From assembly GCA_963705305.1 (NCBI GenBank), contig OY970067.1, forward strand, positions 2,016,001 to 2,080,000: a stretch of DNA of 64,000 nucleotides, given 5' to 3'. Origin of the DNA: an uncultured Methylomirabilota bacterium. GTDB lineage: Bacteria; Methylomirabilota; Methylomirabilia; Methylomirabilales; 2-02-FULL-66-22. The notes beneath the pieces are model-generated. The model saw only the letters and a program-made list of their open reading frames with translations, did no database searches and had not been told where the DNA came from. Shown here piece after piece: positions 20,295-30,204 of the stretch (position 1 is its first letter; every line of letters begins with the position of its first letter). The translations under genes and the position numbers were made by a program.

Positions 20295-20343
20295 CTGGAT
20301 TCCAGCTGGAGTTTACCCCGGCGAAAGCCGGGGCCGGAATGAC
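20295..20343 (-). repeat. REP-like palindrome (GTCATTCC...GGAATCCAG type) with an internal hairpin
   Basis: Reverse complement GTCATTCCGG-CCCCGGCTTTCGCCGGGG-TAAACTCCAGCTGGAATCCAG; further flanked by CCCCGGCCG/CGGCCGGGG. Confidence 0.6.
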
Positions 20344-20451
20344 GGCCGGGGTCCAGACGGCGTGTTGTGATCCCGGCTCCGCCCGGCTTGTTCCCTGCGG
20401 ATTAACACGGTACCATTCGAGCCGCCGTCGTAGAACGGGCATTGAGGAATC

Positions 20452-20832
20452 ATGCAATCGACTGCCTCCACCGATCCGGCCGAAGTGACGGTCCGCCGTG
20501 ACCAGCGGGAAGTGAGCATCCGCTGGCAGGACGATCATGAGAGCGCGTATCCGTTCGACTACCTCCGCCAGGTCTGTCCGTGCGCCCCCTGTGTCGAGCG
20601 TCGGCAGGCTGAATCGGCCAAGGTGGGCCTCAGCCTCACGGTCCTGAGCGGCCCGGTGGTGCGGCCCGGCGAAGTGCAGGTCGTCGCCGTGAAACCCGTC
20701 GGGCGGTACGCCATCAACTTCGCGTGGAGCGACGGACACGACACGGGGATTTACGCCTATGCCTACCTGCGGGATATCTGCCCCTGTTCGATCTGTCGCG
20801 GCGAACGCCAGTCACCCGGACCGGATCGATGA
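20452..20832 (+). CDS. DUF971 / GBBH-like N-terminal domain protein
   Basis: W.D.HES.Y...LRQVCPCAPC, VGRYAINFAWSDGHDTGIY. Confidence 0.92.
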   Translation: MQSTASTDPAEVTVRRDQREVSIRWQDDHESAYPFDYLRQVCPCAPCVERRQAESAKVGLSLTVLSGPVVRPGEVQVVAVKPVGRYAINFAWSDGHDTGIYAYAYLRDICPCSICRGERQSPGPDR

Positions 20833-20960
20833 GGCTTCCCATCACCACCGAAGTTTCATCCTGGTGGGAGAAGATCGGGGAAGTCCTTCAGGGTCGATAG
20901 GGCCGGTGGAGGACCGTTGGCGGGGGTTGCACAGGGGGATAGACCGAGTCGGGAGGAGGC

Positions 20961-21407
20961 ATGGACCAGGCGGGAGGGGGAAAGGGTCCGGGGGAGCGGG
21001 CAAGGGCCCCCGGGGAGAGGACGGGTCGGCGCCGCCGGGGGCGGCGCGGTCCGAAGCCGCAGCCGCGGCCAGAACCGACCAGTCCGCGCTGGAGCCGGGA
21101 CGTCGTGCCCAAGTACTGCAAGAAGTGCGGAGGCCGGATGTACCCGGCGGACTGGATCTGGCAGAAGTACGGGCTCTGCCTGGGCTGGCGCTGCAGCAAA
21201 TGCAAGGAGAAGGTGCTGGCGCGCTCCCTTCCATTCAAGGGACTCCGCAAGCGAGCGATGGATCCGGACGAGGCGCGGACCGTCCGGGGGGATGCGGCCG
21301 GCGCCGATCGTCCGGATGAGGATCGCCGCCGGCATCGCGTTCCTCCGGTGCCGGGGCGAAGCGACCGCGTGCCTCCGGCGGAGGAGCCGGAGTCCGAGGG
21401 ATCATGA
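20961..21407 (+). CDS. Hypothetical zinc-ribbon protein with disordered termini
   Basis: GGAGGAGG RBS; CKKCGGRMY...WRCSKC; ATGA overlap with next gene. Confidence 0.65.
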   Translation: MDQAGGGKGPGERARAPGERTGRRRRGRRGPKPQPRPEPTSPRWSRDVVPKYCKKCGGRMYPADWIWQKYGLCLGWRCSKCKEKVLARSLPFKGLRKRAMDPDEARTVRGDAAGADRPDEDRRRHRVPPVPGRSDRVPPAEEPESEGS

Positions 21408-22422
21408 AAGCGATCCTGGCCCAACCGTCCGGGGGATTCGCCCTGTGCGAGGCGCCGCAGCCGGCCCTCACGGGGGGGAGATCCTCCTGGAGATGCGAGC
21501 GTGCGGTCTGTGCGGGACCGATCTGGCCAAGCTCGCCCAGCCCCACCCGTCTCCCGGCGTCGGTCTGGGGCATGAAGTGGCCGGAATCGTGCGCGCGATC
21601 GGCTCCGACGTGACCCGGTTCCGGGTGGGCGATCGGGTGACCGCCGCTCATCACGTTCCTTGCGATGCCTGCTGGGCCTGCCGGCACGGGAACGAGTCCA
21701 TGTGCCGGCAGTTCAAAACGACCAACATCGATCCCTGCGGCTTTGCCGAGTACATCCGCGTTCCCCGGCTGCACGTGGACCGGGTGACCTTTGCCCTGCC
21801 GGAGGAGATGTCCTTCGAGACGGCGTCCTTCACAGAGCCCCTGGGGTGCGCCGTGCGCGCCATCGAGCGGTCCCAGGTCCTGGCGGGAGACCGAATCGGC
21901 GTGATCGGCGCCGGGAGCATGGGCCTGTTGGTCGCCCAGGCGCTGGCGGCGCGGGGGGTGGAGCCCTTCGTCGTGGACATCTCCGAGTCGCGCCTGGCGC
22001 TGGCCCGGGCCCTTCGGGTGAAGGCCACCATCAACCCGGCCCGGGAGGAGCTTTGCGATGCGGTGGCGGACCTGACGGGCGGGGTCGGGCTGGACGGGGC
22101 CATTTTGACCGTGGTCAACGGCCCGCTCTTGGCCCAGATCCAGCAGGCCCTGCGCCCGGGCGGCCGCCTCAACGTCTTTGCCGGCCCTTCGGACGGTCCG
22201 CGCCTCCCCGTGGACGTGGCCGATCTTTTTTACCGGGAGCTGGCGATCTTCTCGACCTACTCTTCCACGCCCGCCGCGCTGGCCGAGGCCTTTGATCTCC
22301 TCAAGAACAACCGGGTCTGGGCCGCGCCGCTGATCAGCCATCGCCTGCCCCTGGCCGCGTTTCGCGAGGGGGTCGAGATGCAGCGGGACGGCCGGGCCAC
22401 CAAGGTGATCTTCCACCCATGA
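21404..22422 (+). pseudogene. Zn-dependent alcohol/polyol dehydrogenase, frameshifted in a G7 tract (21472-21478)
   Basis: MKAILAQ N-terminus is out of frame with EILLEMRACGLCGTD/GHE/CxxCxxC; adding one G restores a 339-aa ORF. Confidence 0.8.
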
Positions 22423-23525
22423 GAGCCCCGACGGACTGTCCGGTTCCGCTTGCCCCGCCGGCACATCGCCGGATGCGCGCCGCCGTCCTCTACGGTCCCG
22501 AGGACATCCGCATGGAGGAGGTGCCCATCCCCGTCCCCGGTGCGGGCGAGGTGCTGGCCCGGGTGGATGTCGCCTCAGTGGATTTCACCGATCGGAAAGT
22601 CTACCTCCGCGGCCATCATCCCATGATCCGCATCCCCGGGCTCTTCGGCCACGAGTGGGCCGGCACGCTGGTCGAGGTGGGACCCGGCGCGGAAGGGCGC
22701 TGGCGGCCGGGACAGCGCGTCGCGGCGGCAAACTCGGTCCCCTGCCTGCCCGAGGACGGACCGGTCTGCCGGCAGTGCGGGCGCGGGCGGCCCAGCATGT
22801 GCGAGCGGATCCTCTACGTGAATGGCGCCTTCGCCCCCTACATCCTGGTCCCGTCGCGCCTGGCGCGGGCGAACCTCCACGCGGTGCCGGCCGGCGTGCC
22901 ACTGGACCGCGTGGTGTTCACCGAGCCGTACGCCTGCGTCCTCCATGCCGCGCGCCGGATCCCGGTGGCGCCGGGAGACGTTGTGGTGGTGCTGGGGGCC
23001 GGCCCCATGGGCCTCTTCATGCTGAATGCCCTGCGGCGACGCCACGGTCCCGATCTGCTCCTCGTGGCGCTGGATCGGCTGGATCAGCGGCTCCGTGTGG
23101 CGGAGGTCGTGGGGGCGACGCACGCCTTGAACACGGCCGCCACGTCCTCCCGGGACGCCTTGCAGGCGGCCATCGGCCGCCCGGACGCGGATGTGGTCAT
23201 CGAGGTGATCGGGGCCCTGGAGACCCACCGGGAGGCGCTGAGCCTGGTGGGGCGGGGCGGAACCCTGGTGTCCTTCGGCGGGGTGGCTCCCGGCCAGACC
23301 CTGCCCATGGACATCGGGCACCTCCACTACAACGAGATCGCCATCCTGCCCATCTACCACCACACCCCACCCGACGTGGCCGAGGCCGTCCGGCAGCTCA
23401 CGGCGGGCGAGGTGCCCGTGGAGCGCCTGATCACCGCGCGCCTGCCGCTGTCGGCGCTTCGCCAGGCGCTGACCCTGGTGGCGGAACGCTCCCAGCTTCG
23501 CAGCATCCTCATCCCCGACCGCTGA
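22419..23525 (+). CDS. Zn-binding dehydrogenase (L-iditol/threonine dehydrogenase-like)
   Basis: MRAAVLYGP, FGHEWAG, structural Cys cluster, GAGPMG. Confidence 0.9.
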   Translation: MRAPTDCPVPLAPPAHRRMRAAVLYGPEDIRMEEVPIPVPGAGEVLARVDVASVDFTDRKVYLRGHHPMIRIPGLFGHEWAGTLVEVGPGAEGRWRPGQRVAAANSVPCLPEDGPVCRQCGRGRPSMCERILYVNGAFAPYILVPSRLARANLHAVPAGVPLDRVVFTEPYACVLHAARRIPVAPGDVVVVLGAGPMGLFMLNALRRRHGPDLLLVALDRLDQRLRVAEVVGATHALNTAATSSRDALQAAIGRPDADVVIEVIGALETHREALSLVGRGGTLVSFGGVAPGQTLPMDIGHLHYNEIAILPIYHHTPPDVAEAVRQLTAGEVPVERLITARLPLSALRQALTLVAERSQLRSILIPDR

Positions 23526-23596
23526 CCGTCGCTCAGGTCGAATCTTTACCCTGCCCGCCGGGCCGGCTCTGGCGCCCGCCTCCGCCGGATTTTCCC

Positions 23597-23654
23597 TTGA
23601 CAGCCGCCGGGCCTCTCGGATAGGGTGGGCGCCGTCTTGAAACCGGTTTCAAGA
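23597..23654 (+). promoter_or_regulatory. Promoter plus LacI-type operator
   Basis: TTGACA-N18-TAGGGT; perfect 20-bp palindrome TCTTGAAACCGGTTTCAAGA at 23635-23654. Confidence 0.85.
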
Positions 23655-23677
23655 ATGCCACCCCATGGGGGCGCCTG

Positions 23678-24745
23678 GTGGCCGGACGCCGCACCGACAA
23701 GAGACACACCCCCACCATCGGCGACGTGGCCCGTCGGGCCCGTGTCTCGCGCGCGACCGTCTCGCGCGTCCTCAATGACTACCCCCATGTCAGGCCGCGC
23801 GTCCGGGCGGCGGTCCTGCGGGCGGTGGGGGCGCTGGCGTACCGCCCGGATCAGGTGGCCCGCAGTCTGGCCCGGCGGGAAACCCGGACCCTGGGGCTGG
23901 TGGTGGCGGACATCGCCAACCCGTTCTATGGGGAGACCGCCCGGGCGATCGTGGAGGCGGCGCGCGAGCAGGCGTACAACGTGATCCTGTGCATCACCGA
24001 GAACCGGCCCGCCCTCCAGTCGGCGTACGTGGAGGTCCTGCGGCAGCGGCGTGTGGACGGGATCATCTTCGGGTCGGTCTTCCTGAATGACCCGGTCGTG
24101 GACGGGCTCATCGACACGGGATTCCCCTGCATCATGTACAACCGGCGGCTCCGGTCCGGACGCGGCAACTACATCGTCCTCGATAACGTGCGGGCCAGCT
24201 ACGACCTGACCAGGCATATCCTGGGGCTGGGCCACCGGCGGATCGGGTATATGCGGGGGCTGTCCCAGGTGTCCACCACGCTGGAGCGGCTCCGGGGGTA
24301 CCGGAGGGCCTTGCGGGATGCGGGGATCTCCGCGGAGGCGAGCCTGATCCGCCCGGGGGCCTTCCAGATGGAGGCGACGGCGAGGGCGGCGCTAGATCTC
24401 CTGAAAGATCCCGCGCGTCCGACCGCGATCCTCGCGGCCAACGACGTCATGGCCCTCGGGGTGATTCACGCGGCCCGGGAGCTGGGGCTGCGGGTTCCGG
24501 AAGATCTGGCGGTGGCGGGGATCGACGACATCGAGATGGCGGGCCACCATGCCGTCCAGCTGACCACGGTGGCCCAGCAGAAGACGGAGATGGGGCGGCG
24601 GGCGGCTGAGGGCGTCCTGGCAATCATCCGGGACCCGCAGCGGTTCATCCGCGAGCCCATCCAGCAGGTCCTGCGTCCCGCCCTGGTGATCCGCCGCACC
24701 TGCGGAGCGCTGATGGCCCGGGAGGCCGCGGCGGGGATCGGCTGA
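23678..24745 (+). CDS. LacI family transcriptional regulator
   Basis: TIGDVARRARVSRATVSRVLN HTH, LGHRRI, VPEDLAVAGIDD. Confidence 0.95.
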   Translation: MAGRRTDKRHTPTIGDVARRARVSRATVSRVLNDYPHVRPRVRAAVLRAVGALAYRPDQVARSLARRETRTLGLVVADIANPFYGETARAIVEAAREQAYNVILCITENRPALQSAYVEVLRQRRVDGIIFGSVFLNDPVVDGLIDTGFPCIMYNRRLRSGRGNYIVLDNVRASYDLTRHILGLGHRRIGYMRGLSQVSTTLERLRGYRRALRDAGISAEASLIRPGAFQMEATARAALDLLKDPARPTAILAANDVMALGVIHAARELGLRVPEDLAVAGIDDIEMAGHHAVQLTTVAQQKTEMGRRAAEGVLAIIRDPQRFIREPIQQVLRPALVIRRTCGALMAREAAAGIG

Positions 24746-24775
24746 TCCCGATCGGCGGGCCCAGAGAGGGCGACC

Positions 24776-26512
24776 ATGCGACGGATACAGACTGAGGTGC
24801 TGGTGATCGGCGGCGGGGGAATGGCCGGCCGGGCCGCCATCGAGGCCGGCCGGCAGGGGGCCCGCGTGACCCTGGTGATGAAGGGCGAGTTCGGCAGGAG
24901 CGGCACCAGCGCCGCCAAAGTCGCCGAGGCGGCCGGATACAACGTCGCCGACGGCGTGGTGGATCCCGCCGACAGTCCGGCGGAGCACCTCCGGGACATC
25001 CTGGCCGCCGCCGCCGGCACGTGCGACGAGCGGTTGGCCCGCATCGTGGCCGAGGAGGCGCCCGCCAGCCTGCGCGAGCTGGAGCGGCTGGGCATCCCCT
25101 TCCATATGGACGGGGACCGCTATCTGGAGGTGGTGGGGTGCTTCGCCAGCCGGCCCCGCATGCACATCATCCCGGGCCATGCCGAGCCCATCGTGGCGGC
25201 CCAGAAGCGGGAGCTCCAAGACGGGGGGGTTCCCATCAACGAGCAGATCATGATCACGTCCCTCGTGGTGGAGGGGGGATCCTGCGTCGGGGCCGTGGGG
25301 CTGGACGCGCAGGGTGCGTTGATCGTCTTCGAGGCGGCGGCGACGATCCTGGGCACGGGGGGCGCCGGCAAGCTCTTCCTCCACAACCTCAATCCGGCGG
25401 ACATCACGGGGGACGGCTACGCGCTGGGCTACCGCGCCGGGGCCGAGCTGGTCAACATGGAGTTCATGCAAGCGGGACCCGGGATCGTCCACCCGGTCCA
25501 CAACACGTTGAACGCCTGGCTGCTGGCTCTGTATCCCCGCCTGACCAATGCGCGCGGCGAGGAGTACCTGGAGCGCTACCTCCCGCCCGACTGGTCGGCC
25601 CGGCAATGCCTGGACGCCCGCAGCCGCCACTATCCCTTCAGCGTCTACGACGGATCGCACTACTTCGATATCGCCATCCAGAAAGAGCTGGCGGCGGGTC
25701 GCGGGACGGCCCGGCACGGCGTGCATCTGGATTTGAGCCGGACGCGGCCGGAGGACATCCCGGATACGCCCCGCGGCCGGGAGGCCCGGCGCCTCTACTG
25801 CATCACCCGGGAGTGGATCCAGAAGAACCACGGATTGGACATCGCGGAGCAGCCCATCGAGATTGCCTGCTTCGGGCATGCCGTCAACGGCGGCCTGCGC
25901 ATCGAGCCCACCGCCGAGACCACGCTGCCCGGCCTGTTCGCCGGCGGTGAGACGGCCGGCGGCCCGCACGGGGCGGACCGGCTGGGCGGAAACATGAATC
26001 TCACCTGTCAGGTGTTCGGGAAGCGGGCCGGCCGCGCCGCAGCGCAGCGGGCGCGGGATCGGGCCGTCCCTTCGGTGTCCCGGGGATCGGTGGAGACCGA
26101 GGAGGCCCGCCTGGCAGGCGTGAAGGCCCGCCACGGCAGCCTGGGGCCGGGCCAGGTGAAACGCCGGATCCAGGAGTGCATGTCCAGGCACCTCCTGGTG
26201 GTCCGGAGCGACGCCAGCCTGCGCGCCTGTCTCGGCGAGATCGAGCGGCTGCGGGGCGAGGCGCAGGACATCAACGTGGACGGCCCGGGAACGCTGGCCG
26301 GCACCCTGGAGGTGGAGAGCCTCCTCACGGTGGCCGAGATCATGGCCCGCAGCGCCTTGTGGCGCACCGAGTCGCGGGGCAGCCACTACCGGGAGGACTA
26401 CCCGCAGCGGGACGATGCCCGCTGGGAGCAGAGCATCGTCACCCGGCTGGTCGGCGGGCGCATGGAGCAAACCGCCGTTCGCCTCCCCCGGCTGGGGGAA
26501 CACCCGCACTGA
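24776..26512 (+). CDS. SdhA/FrdA/NadB-family flavoprotein
   Basis: VIGGGGMAG, TGDG, GLFAGGE, HGADRLGGN, ESRGSHYREDYP. Confidence 0.9.
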   Translation: MRRIQTEVLVIGGGGMAGRAAIEAGRQGARVTLVMKGEFGRSGTSAAKVAEAAGYNVADGVVDPADSPAEHLRDILAAAAGTCDERLARIVAEEAPASLRELERLGIPFHMDGDRYLEVVGCFASRPRMHIIPGHAEPIVAAQKRELQDGGVPINEQIMITSLVVEGGSCVGAVGLDAQGALIVFEAAATILGTGGAGKLFLHNLNPADITGDGYALGYRAGAELVNMEFMQAGPGIVHPVHNTLNAWLLALYPRLTNARGEEYLERYLPPDWSARQCLDARSRHYPFSVYDGSHYFDIAIQKELAAGRGTARHGVHLDLSRTRPEDIPDTPRGREARRLYCITREWIQKNHGLDIAEQPIEIACFGHAVNGGLRIEPTAETTLPGLFAGGETAGGPHGADRLGGNMNLTCQVFGKRAGRAAAQRARDRAVPSVSRGSVETEEARLAGVKARHGSLGPGQVKRRIQECMSRHLLVVRSDASLRACLGEIERLRGEAQDINVDGPGTLAGTLEVESLLTVAEIMARSALWRTESRGSHYREDYPQRDDARWEQSIVTRLVGGRMEQTAVRLPRLGEHPH

Positions 26513-26564
26513 GCCGACACGGTACGACGCGCGAGGCAATGTCCGTCAGGCGACGGAGATAGCC

Positions 26565-28160
26565 ATGGCAGCCAAGGACAAGCCAATCCTGACCGCCGAG
26601 GAGGCGGCCCGCCTGATCCCCGACGGGGCGACGGTCACTATCAGCAGCTCGGCGGCGCAGCTGGTCCCGGACGCGGTGCTGGCGGGCATCGAGGCCCGGT
26701 TCCTGGCGGCGGGCGAGCCGAAGCAGCTCACCGTGGTGTTCCCGCTGGCCGTGGGGGACTCCTTCGGCACGGTCGGGCTCGACCACCTGGCCCACCCGGG
26801 GCTGATCAAGCGGCTGGTCGGCGGCTCTTACGTGAACGGTCCGGCCGCCGCGCCTTCCCCGAAGATCACCGCCATGATCCACGCCGACCAGGTGGAGGCC
26901 TACAACTTCCCCCTGGGGCCCCTCCTGCACCTGCACCGCGATATCGCCGCGGGGAAGCCCGGCGTGATCACCAGAATCGGGTTGGGCACGTTCGTGGACC
27001 CGCGCGACCAGGGGGGCCGGATGAACCGGGTGACGCCGCCCGGCCTGGTGGAGGTGGTGCAGCTGCTGGACGAGGAGTGGCTGCTCTACCGGGCCTTTCC
27101 GATCCAGGCGGCCATCATCCGGGGGACCACGGCGGATGCCCACGGCAATCTCACGCTGGAGCACGAGGGGACCTTCATGGGGGTCCTGCCGCAGGCCATG
27201 GCTGCCCATAACTCCGGCGGAAGGGTGATCGCTCAGGTCAAGCGGGTGGTGGCGGCAGGCACCCTGCAGCCGCAGATGGTGAAGGTCCCCGGCATTTTGG
27301 TGGACGCCATCGTGGTGGACCCGGAGCAGCGCCAGAACACCGGCATCGCCTACGACCCGGCCATCAGCGGCGAGATCCGGACAGCCCGGCTCCCCATCCA
27401 GCCGGCGCCGTTCGGCCCCGAGAAGATGATCGCCCGCCGCGCCCTGTGCGGCCTCCGCCCAGGCGACATCGTGAATCTGGGATTCGGCATCTCCTCCCTG
27501 GTGCCCATCATCGCCTTCGAGGAGGGGGTGTACGAGCAGCTGAGCTTCACGGTCGAGCAGGGCTCGATCGGGGGGCTGCCTCTGACCGGTTTTGCCTTCG
27601 GGGCCTCCCACAATCCCGAGGCGATCATCGACCCGGCCGCGCAGTTCGACCTGATCGACGGCGGCGGGATCGACGTGGGCTGCCTGGCCTTTGCCGAGGT
27701 GGACGGATCCGGCAACGCCAACGTGAGCCGCCTGGCGGCCCAGCCGCACGTCCTGGCCGGGGCGGGGGGATTCATCGACCTTTCCCAGGGATTGCGGAGG
27801 CTGATCTACTGCGGCACGCTCACGGCGGGGGGGCTGGAGGTCCGGGCGGAGCACGGCGAGCTGCGGATCGTGAAGGACGGGCGCTTCCAGAAATTCGTGG
27901 CCCGGACCCAGCATGTGACGTTCAACGGGCGACGGGCCGTCGCGCAGGGACAGGAGGTCTGGTACCTCACCGAGCGGTGCGCCTTTCGGCTGGCCCCGGA
28001 GGGGCCTGTGCTGGTCGAGGTGGCGCCCGGCGTAGACCTGGATCGGGAGATCCGGGCCCGGATCGGCTTCCCGCTGCGGGTGGCCCCGGATGTCCGTTCG
28101 ATGGATTCCCGCATCTTCCGCGAAGAGCCGATGGGTCTGGCAGAGGAGTGGAGCCGGTAG
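26565..28160 (+). CDS. Family I CoA transferase (YdiF/propionate CoA-transferase-like)
   Basis: GLGTFVDPR, RGTTAD..GN, NLGFGI, catalytic EQG, GAGGFIDLSQ, TERCAF. Confidence 0.92.
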   Translation: MAAKDKPILTAEEAARLIPDGATVTISSSAAQLVPDAVLAGIEARFLAAGEPKQLTVVFPLAVGDSFGTVGLDHLAHPGLIKRLVGGSYVNGPAAAPSPKITAMIHADQVEAYNFPLGPLLHLHRDIAAGKPGVITRIGLGTFVDPRDQGGRMNRVTPPGLVEVVQLLDEEWLLYRAFPIQAAIIRGTTADAHGNLTLEHEGTFMGVLPQAMAAHNSGGRVIAQVKRVVAAGTLQPQMVKVPGILVDAIVVDPEQRQNTGIAYDPAISGEIRTARLPIQPAPFGPEKMIARRALCGLRPGDIVNLGFGISSLVPIIAFEEGVYEQLSFTVEQGSIGGLPLTGFAFGASHNPEAIIDPAAQFDLIDGGGIDVGCLAFAEVDGSGNANVSRLAAQPHVLAGAGGFIDLSQGLRRLIYCGTLTAGGLEVRAEHGELRIVKDGRFQKFVARTQHVTFNGRRAVAQGQEVWYLTERCAFRLAPEGPVLVEVAPGVDLDREIRARIGFPLRVAPDVRSMDSRIFREEPMGLAEEWSR

Positions 28161-28210
28161 CCACGGCAGGCTCGGACCGCGCCGACCTGTTCGCGCCGGA
28201 AGGAGGTTCG

Positions 28211-28669
28211 ATGGAGCGCTACTACGAGGACATGCAAGTGGGGGAGGAGTACCAGTCGCCCGCCCGCACCATCACGGAGGCGGACATCGTGAGCTTTGCG
28301 GCGCTCTCGGGCGATTGGAACGCGGTGCACTGCGACGAGGAGTACTGCAAGACCACCCCCTACAAAACCCGCATCGCCCACGGGCTCCTCGGCCTGGCCA
28401 TCGCCGAGGGACTGAAGTTCCGCCTGCCGGAGTTCGCCACCGCCCGCTACGTGGCGTCCTTGTACTGGAACTACAAATTCACCGGCCCGATCCTGATCGG
28501 AGACACCATCCGGGTGCGGGTCCGGGTCCAGAGCAAGCGGGAGACGAAGAGGCCGGATCGCGGCATCGTGGTGGAGTACGTCTCCATGCTCAACCAGCGG
28601 AACGAGGTGGTCCAGGAGGGAGAGCACGGGCTGATGGTGTGGCGGCGGGCGGCAGAAAATGCAAAATGA
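28211..28669 (+). CDS. MaoC-like (R)-enoyl-CoA hydratase/dehydratase
   Basis: RTITEADIVSFAALSGDWNAVH...RIAHG; AGGAGG RBS. Confidence 0.92.
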   Translation: MERYYEDMQVGEEYQSPARTITEADIVSFAALSGDWNAVHCDEEYCKTTPYKTRIAHGLLGLAIAEGLKFRLPEFATARYVASLYWNYKFTGPILIGDTIRVRVRVQSKRETKRPDRGIVVEYVSMLNQRNEVVQEGEHGLMVWRRAAENAK

Positions 28670-28736
28670 AGAACCGGCAATGCCGCACCGACAGCGCAAG
28701 ACCGGTTGATGGTTCGCCGAGATTGGGGAGGCGCAG

Positions 28737-29879
28737 ATGAATTTCAACCTGACGGATGAGCAGCGGATGCTGCGAGACACGGTGCGGGAGTTTGCGGAAA
28801 GAGAGATCAAGCCGCGGGCGGCGGAGATCGACCGCACCGACGAGTTTCCCCGGGACCTCTGGCGCCGCCTGGCCGAGCTGGGCATCCTGGGAATGACCCT
28901 GCCGCCCGAGTACGGCGGGGCCGGCATGGACACGGTCTGCTGGGCCGTCGCCCAGGAGGAGATGGCCCGGGCCTCGGTGGCGGTGGCCGACATTCAATTG
29001 CTGGCCAAGCTGATGCAGGACGTGATCCTGAAGAACGGCACGGATGCGCAGAAGCAAAAGTACCTGCCCGCCATGGCGCGGGGAGAGAAGATCTGCGTCA
29101 TCGCCCAGACGGAGCCCGGCGCGGGCTCGGACGTGGCGGCCGTCCAGACGACGGCCCGGCCGGACGGGGACGGATACGTCCTGAACGGCACCAAACGGTT
29201 CATCACCTGCGCCATGCTGGCCGACCTGGCCGTGGTCGTGGCCACGGTGGACAAGAGCAAGGGGCGGCAGGGGATCACGCTCTTTCTGGTGGAGAAGGGG
29301 ACGCCGGGGTTCGCGCCGGGCTCCAAGGAGCACCTCATGGGAGTCCGGGGCATGGCCACCGGAGAGGTGGTGCTCGATAACTGCCGGGTGAGCCGGGAAT
29401 GCCTGCTGGGAGGCGAGGGCGAAGGGTTCAAGCGCGCCATGATGTCTCTGGACACCGGCCGGATCGGGATCGGTTGCCAGGCGCTGGGGCTGGCGCAGGC
29501 CGCCATGGAGGAGGCCGTGCGCTACGCCAAGCAGCGCACGGCGTTCGGCGGTCCCATCGCCAACCTCCAAGGGATCCAATTCAAGCTGGCGGACATGTCG
29601 GCCGGCATCGAGGCCGCCCGCCTGCGCCTGCGGCACACGGCCTGGCTGAAGGATCAGGGGCGGACCATCATCCGGGAGGCGGCGGAGGCCAAGCTCCTGG
29701 CATCCGACCTGGCGGTCAAGGTGACCGGCGAGGCTCTCCAGATCCACGGGGCGTACGGCTACAGCACGGACTTCCCCGTCGAGCGCATGTACCGCGAGGC
29801 CAAGGTCTACCAGATCTGGGAGGGGACCAGCGAGATCCAGCGTGTGGTCATTGCGCGGCAGCTCCTGAAGGAATACTAG
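28737..29879 (+). CDS. Acyl-CoA dehydrogenase
   Basis: TEPGAGSD, LNGTKRFIT, GRIGI, R.AFG, QIHGAYGY, IWEGTSEIQR. Confidence 0.95.
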   Translation: MNFNLTDEQRMLRDTVREFAEREIKPRAAEIDRTDEFPRDLWRRLAELGILGMTLPPEYGGAGMDTVCWAVAQEEMARASVAVADIQLLAKLMQDVILKNGTDAQKQKYLPAMARGEKICVIAQTEPGAGSDVAAVQTTARPDGDGYVLNGTKRFITCAMLADLAVVVATVDKSKGRQGITLFLVEKGTPGFAPGSKEHLMGVRGMATGEVVLDNCRVSRECLLGGEGEGFKRAMMSLDTGRIGIGCQALGLAQAAMEEAVRYAKQRTAFGGPIANLQGIQFKLADMSAGIEAARLRLRHTAWLKDQGRTIIREAAEAKLLASDLAVKVTGEALQIHGAYGYSTDFPVERMYREAKVYQIWEGTSEIQRVVIARQLLKEY

Positions 29880-30125
29880 CCCTGAACCGACAGAGCCATT
29901 TAACCGCCCTGACGCCAAGGCTCTCCAGGTTATGGATCCCGGCGGCTTTTATTCAAGGTACTGGAGCGCACGAGGGGACGTAAGGCGCTTCCCGTCCTTT
30001 GGCATTTTGCCCTTTCCAGCCAATGTATTCCGGCTACCCAACGCGTGCGTTGGGTGTCCTTGGCGGTGAGGTGTTTTCGGAAGGAGTTGGGAGGGCCGCC
30101 GGAGCCGATGACAGCGGGTTTTCGC

Positions 30126-30180
30126 TTGACACGGCCGGGGGGCTGCTGATAGGGGTGAAAGCCGTTGAAAGCGTTTCCAA
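30126..30180 (+). promoter_or_regulatory. Promoter plus LacI-type operator
   Basis: TTGACA at 30126; TTGAAAGCGTTTCCAA at 30165-30180. Confidence 0.75.
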
Positions 30181-30204
30181 GTTCTTTCAACCCGAGGAGC
30201 GGCC

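Noticed and set aside
20917..21403. N-terminal extension of the 501-aa dehydrogenase ORF in the track
   Set aside because: Artefact of the G-tract frameshift; the true start is 21404
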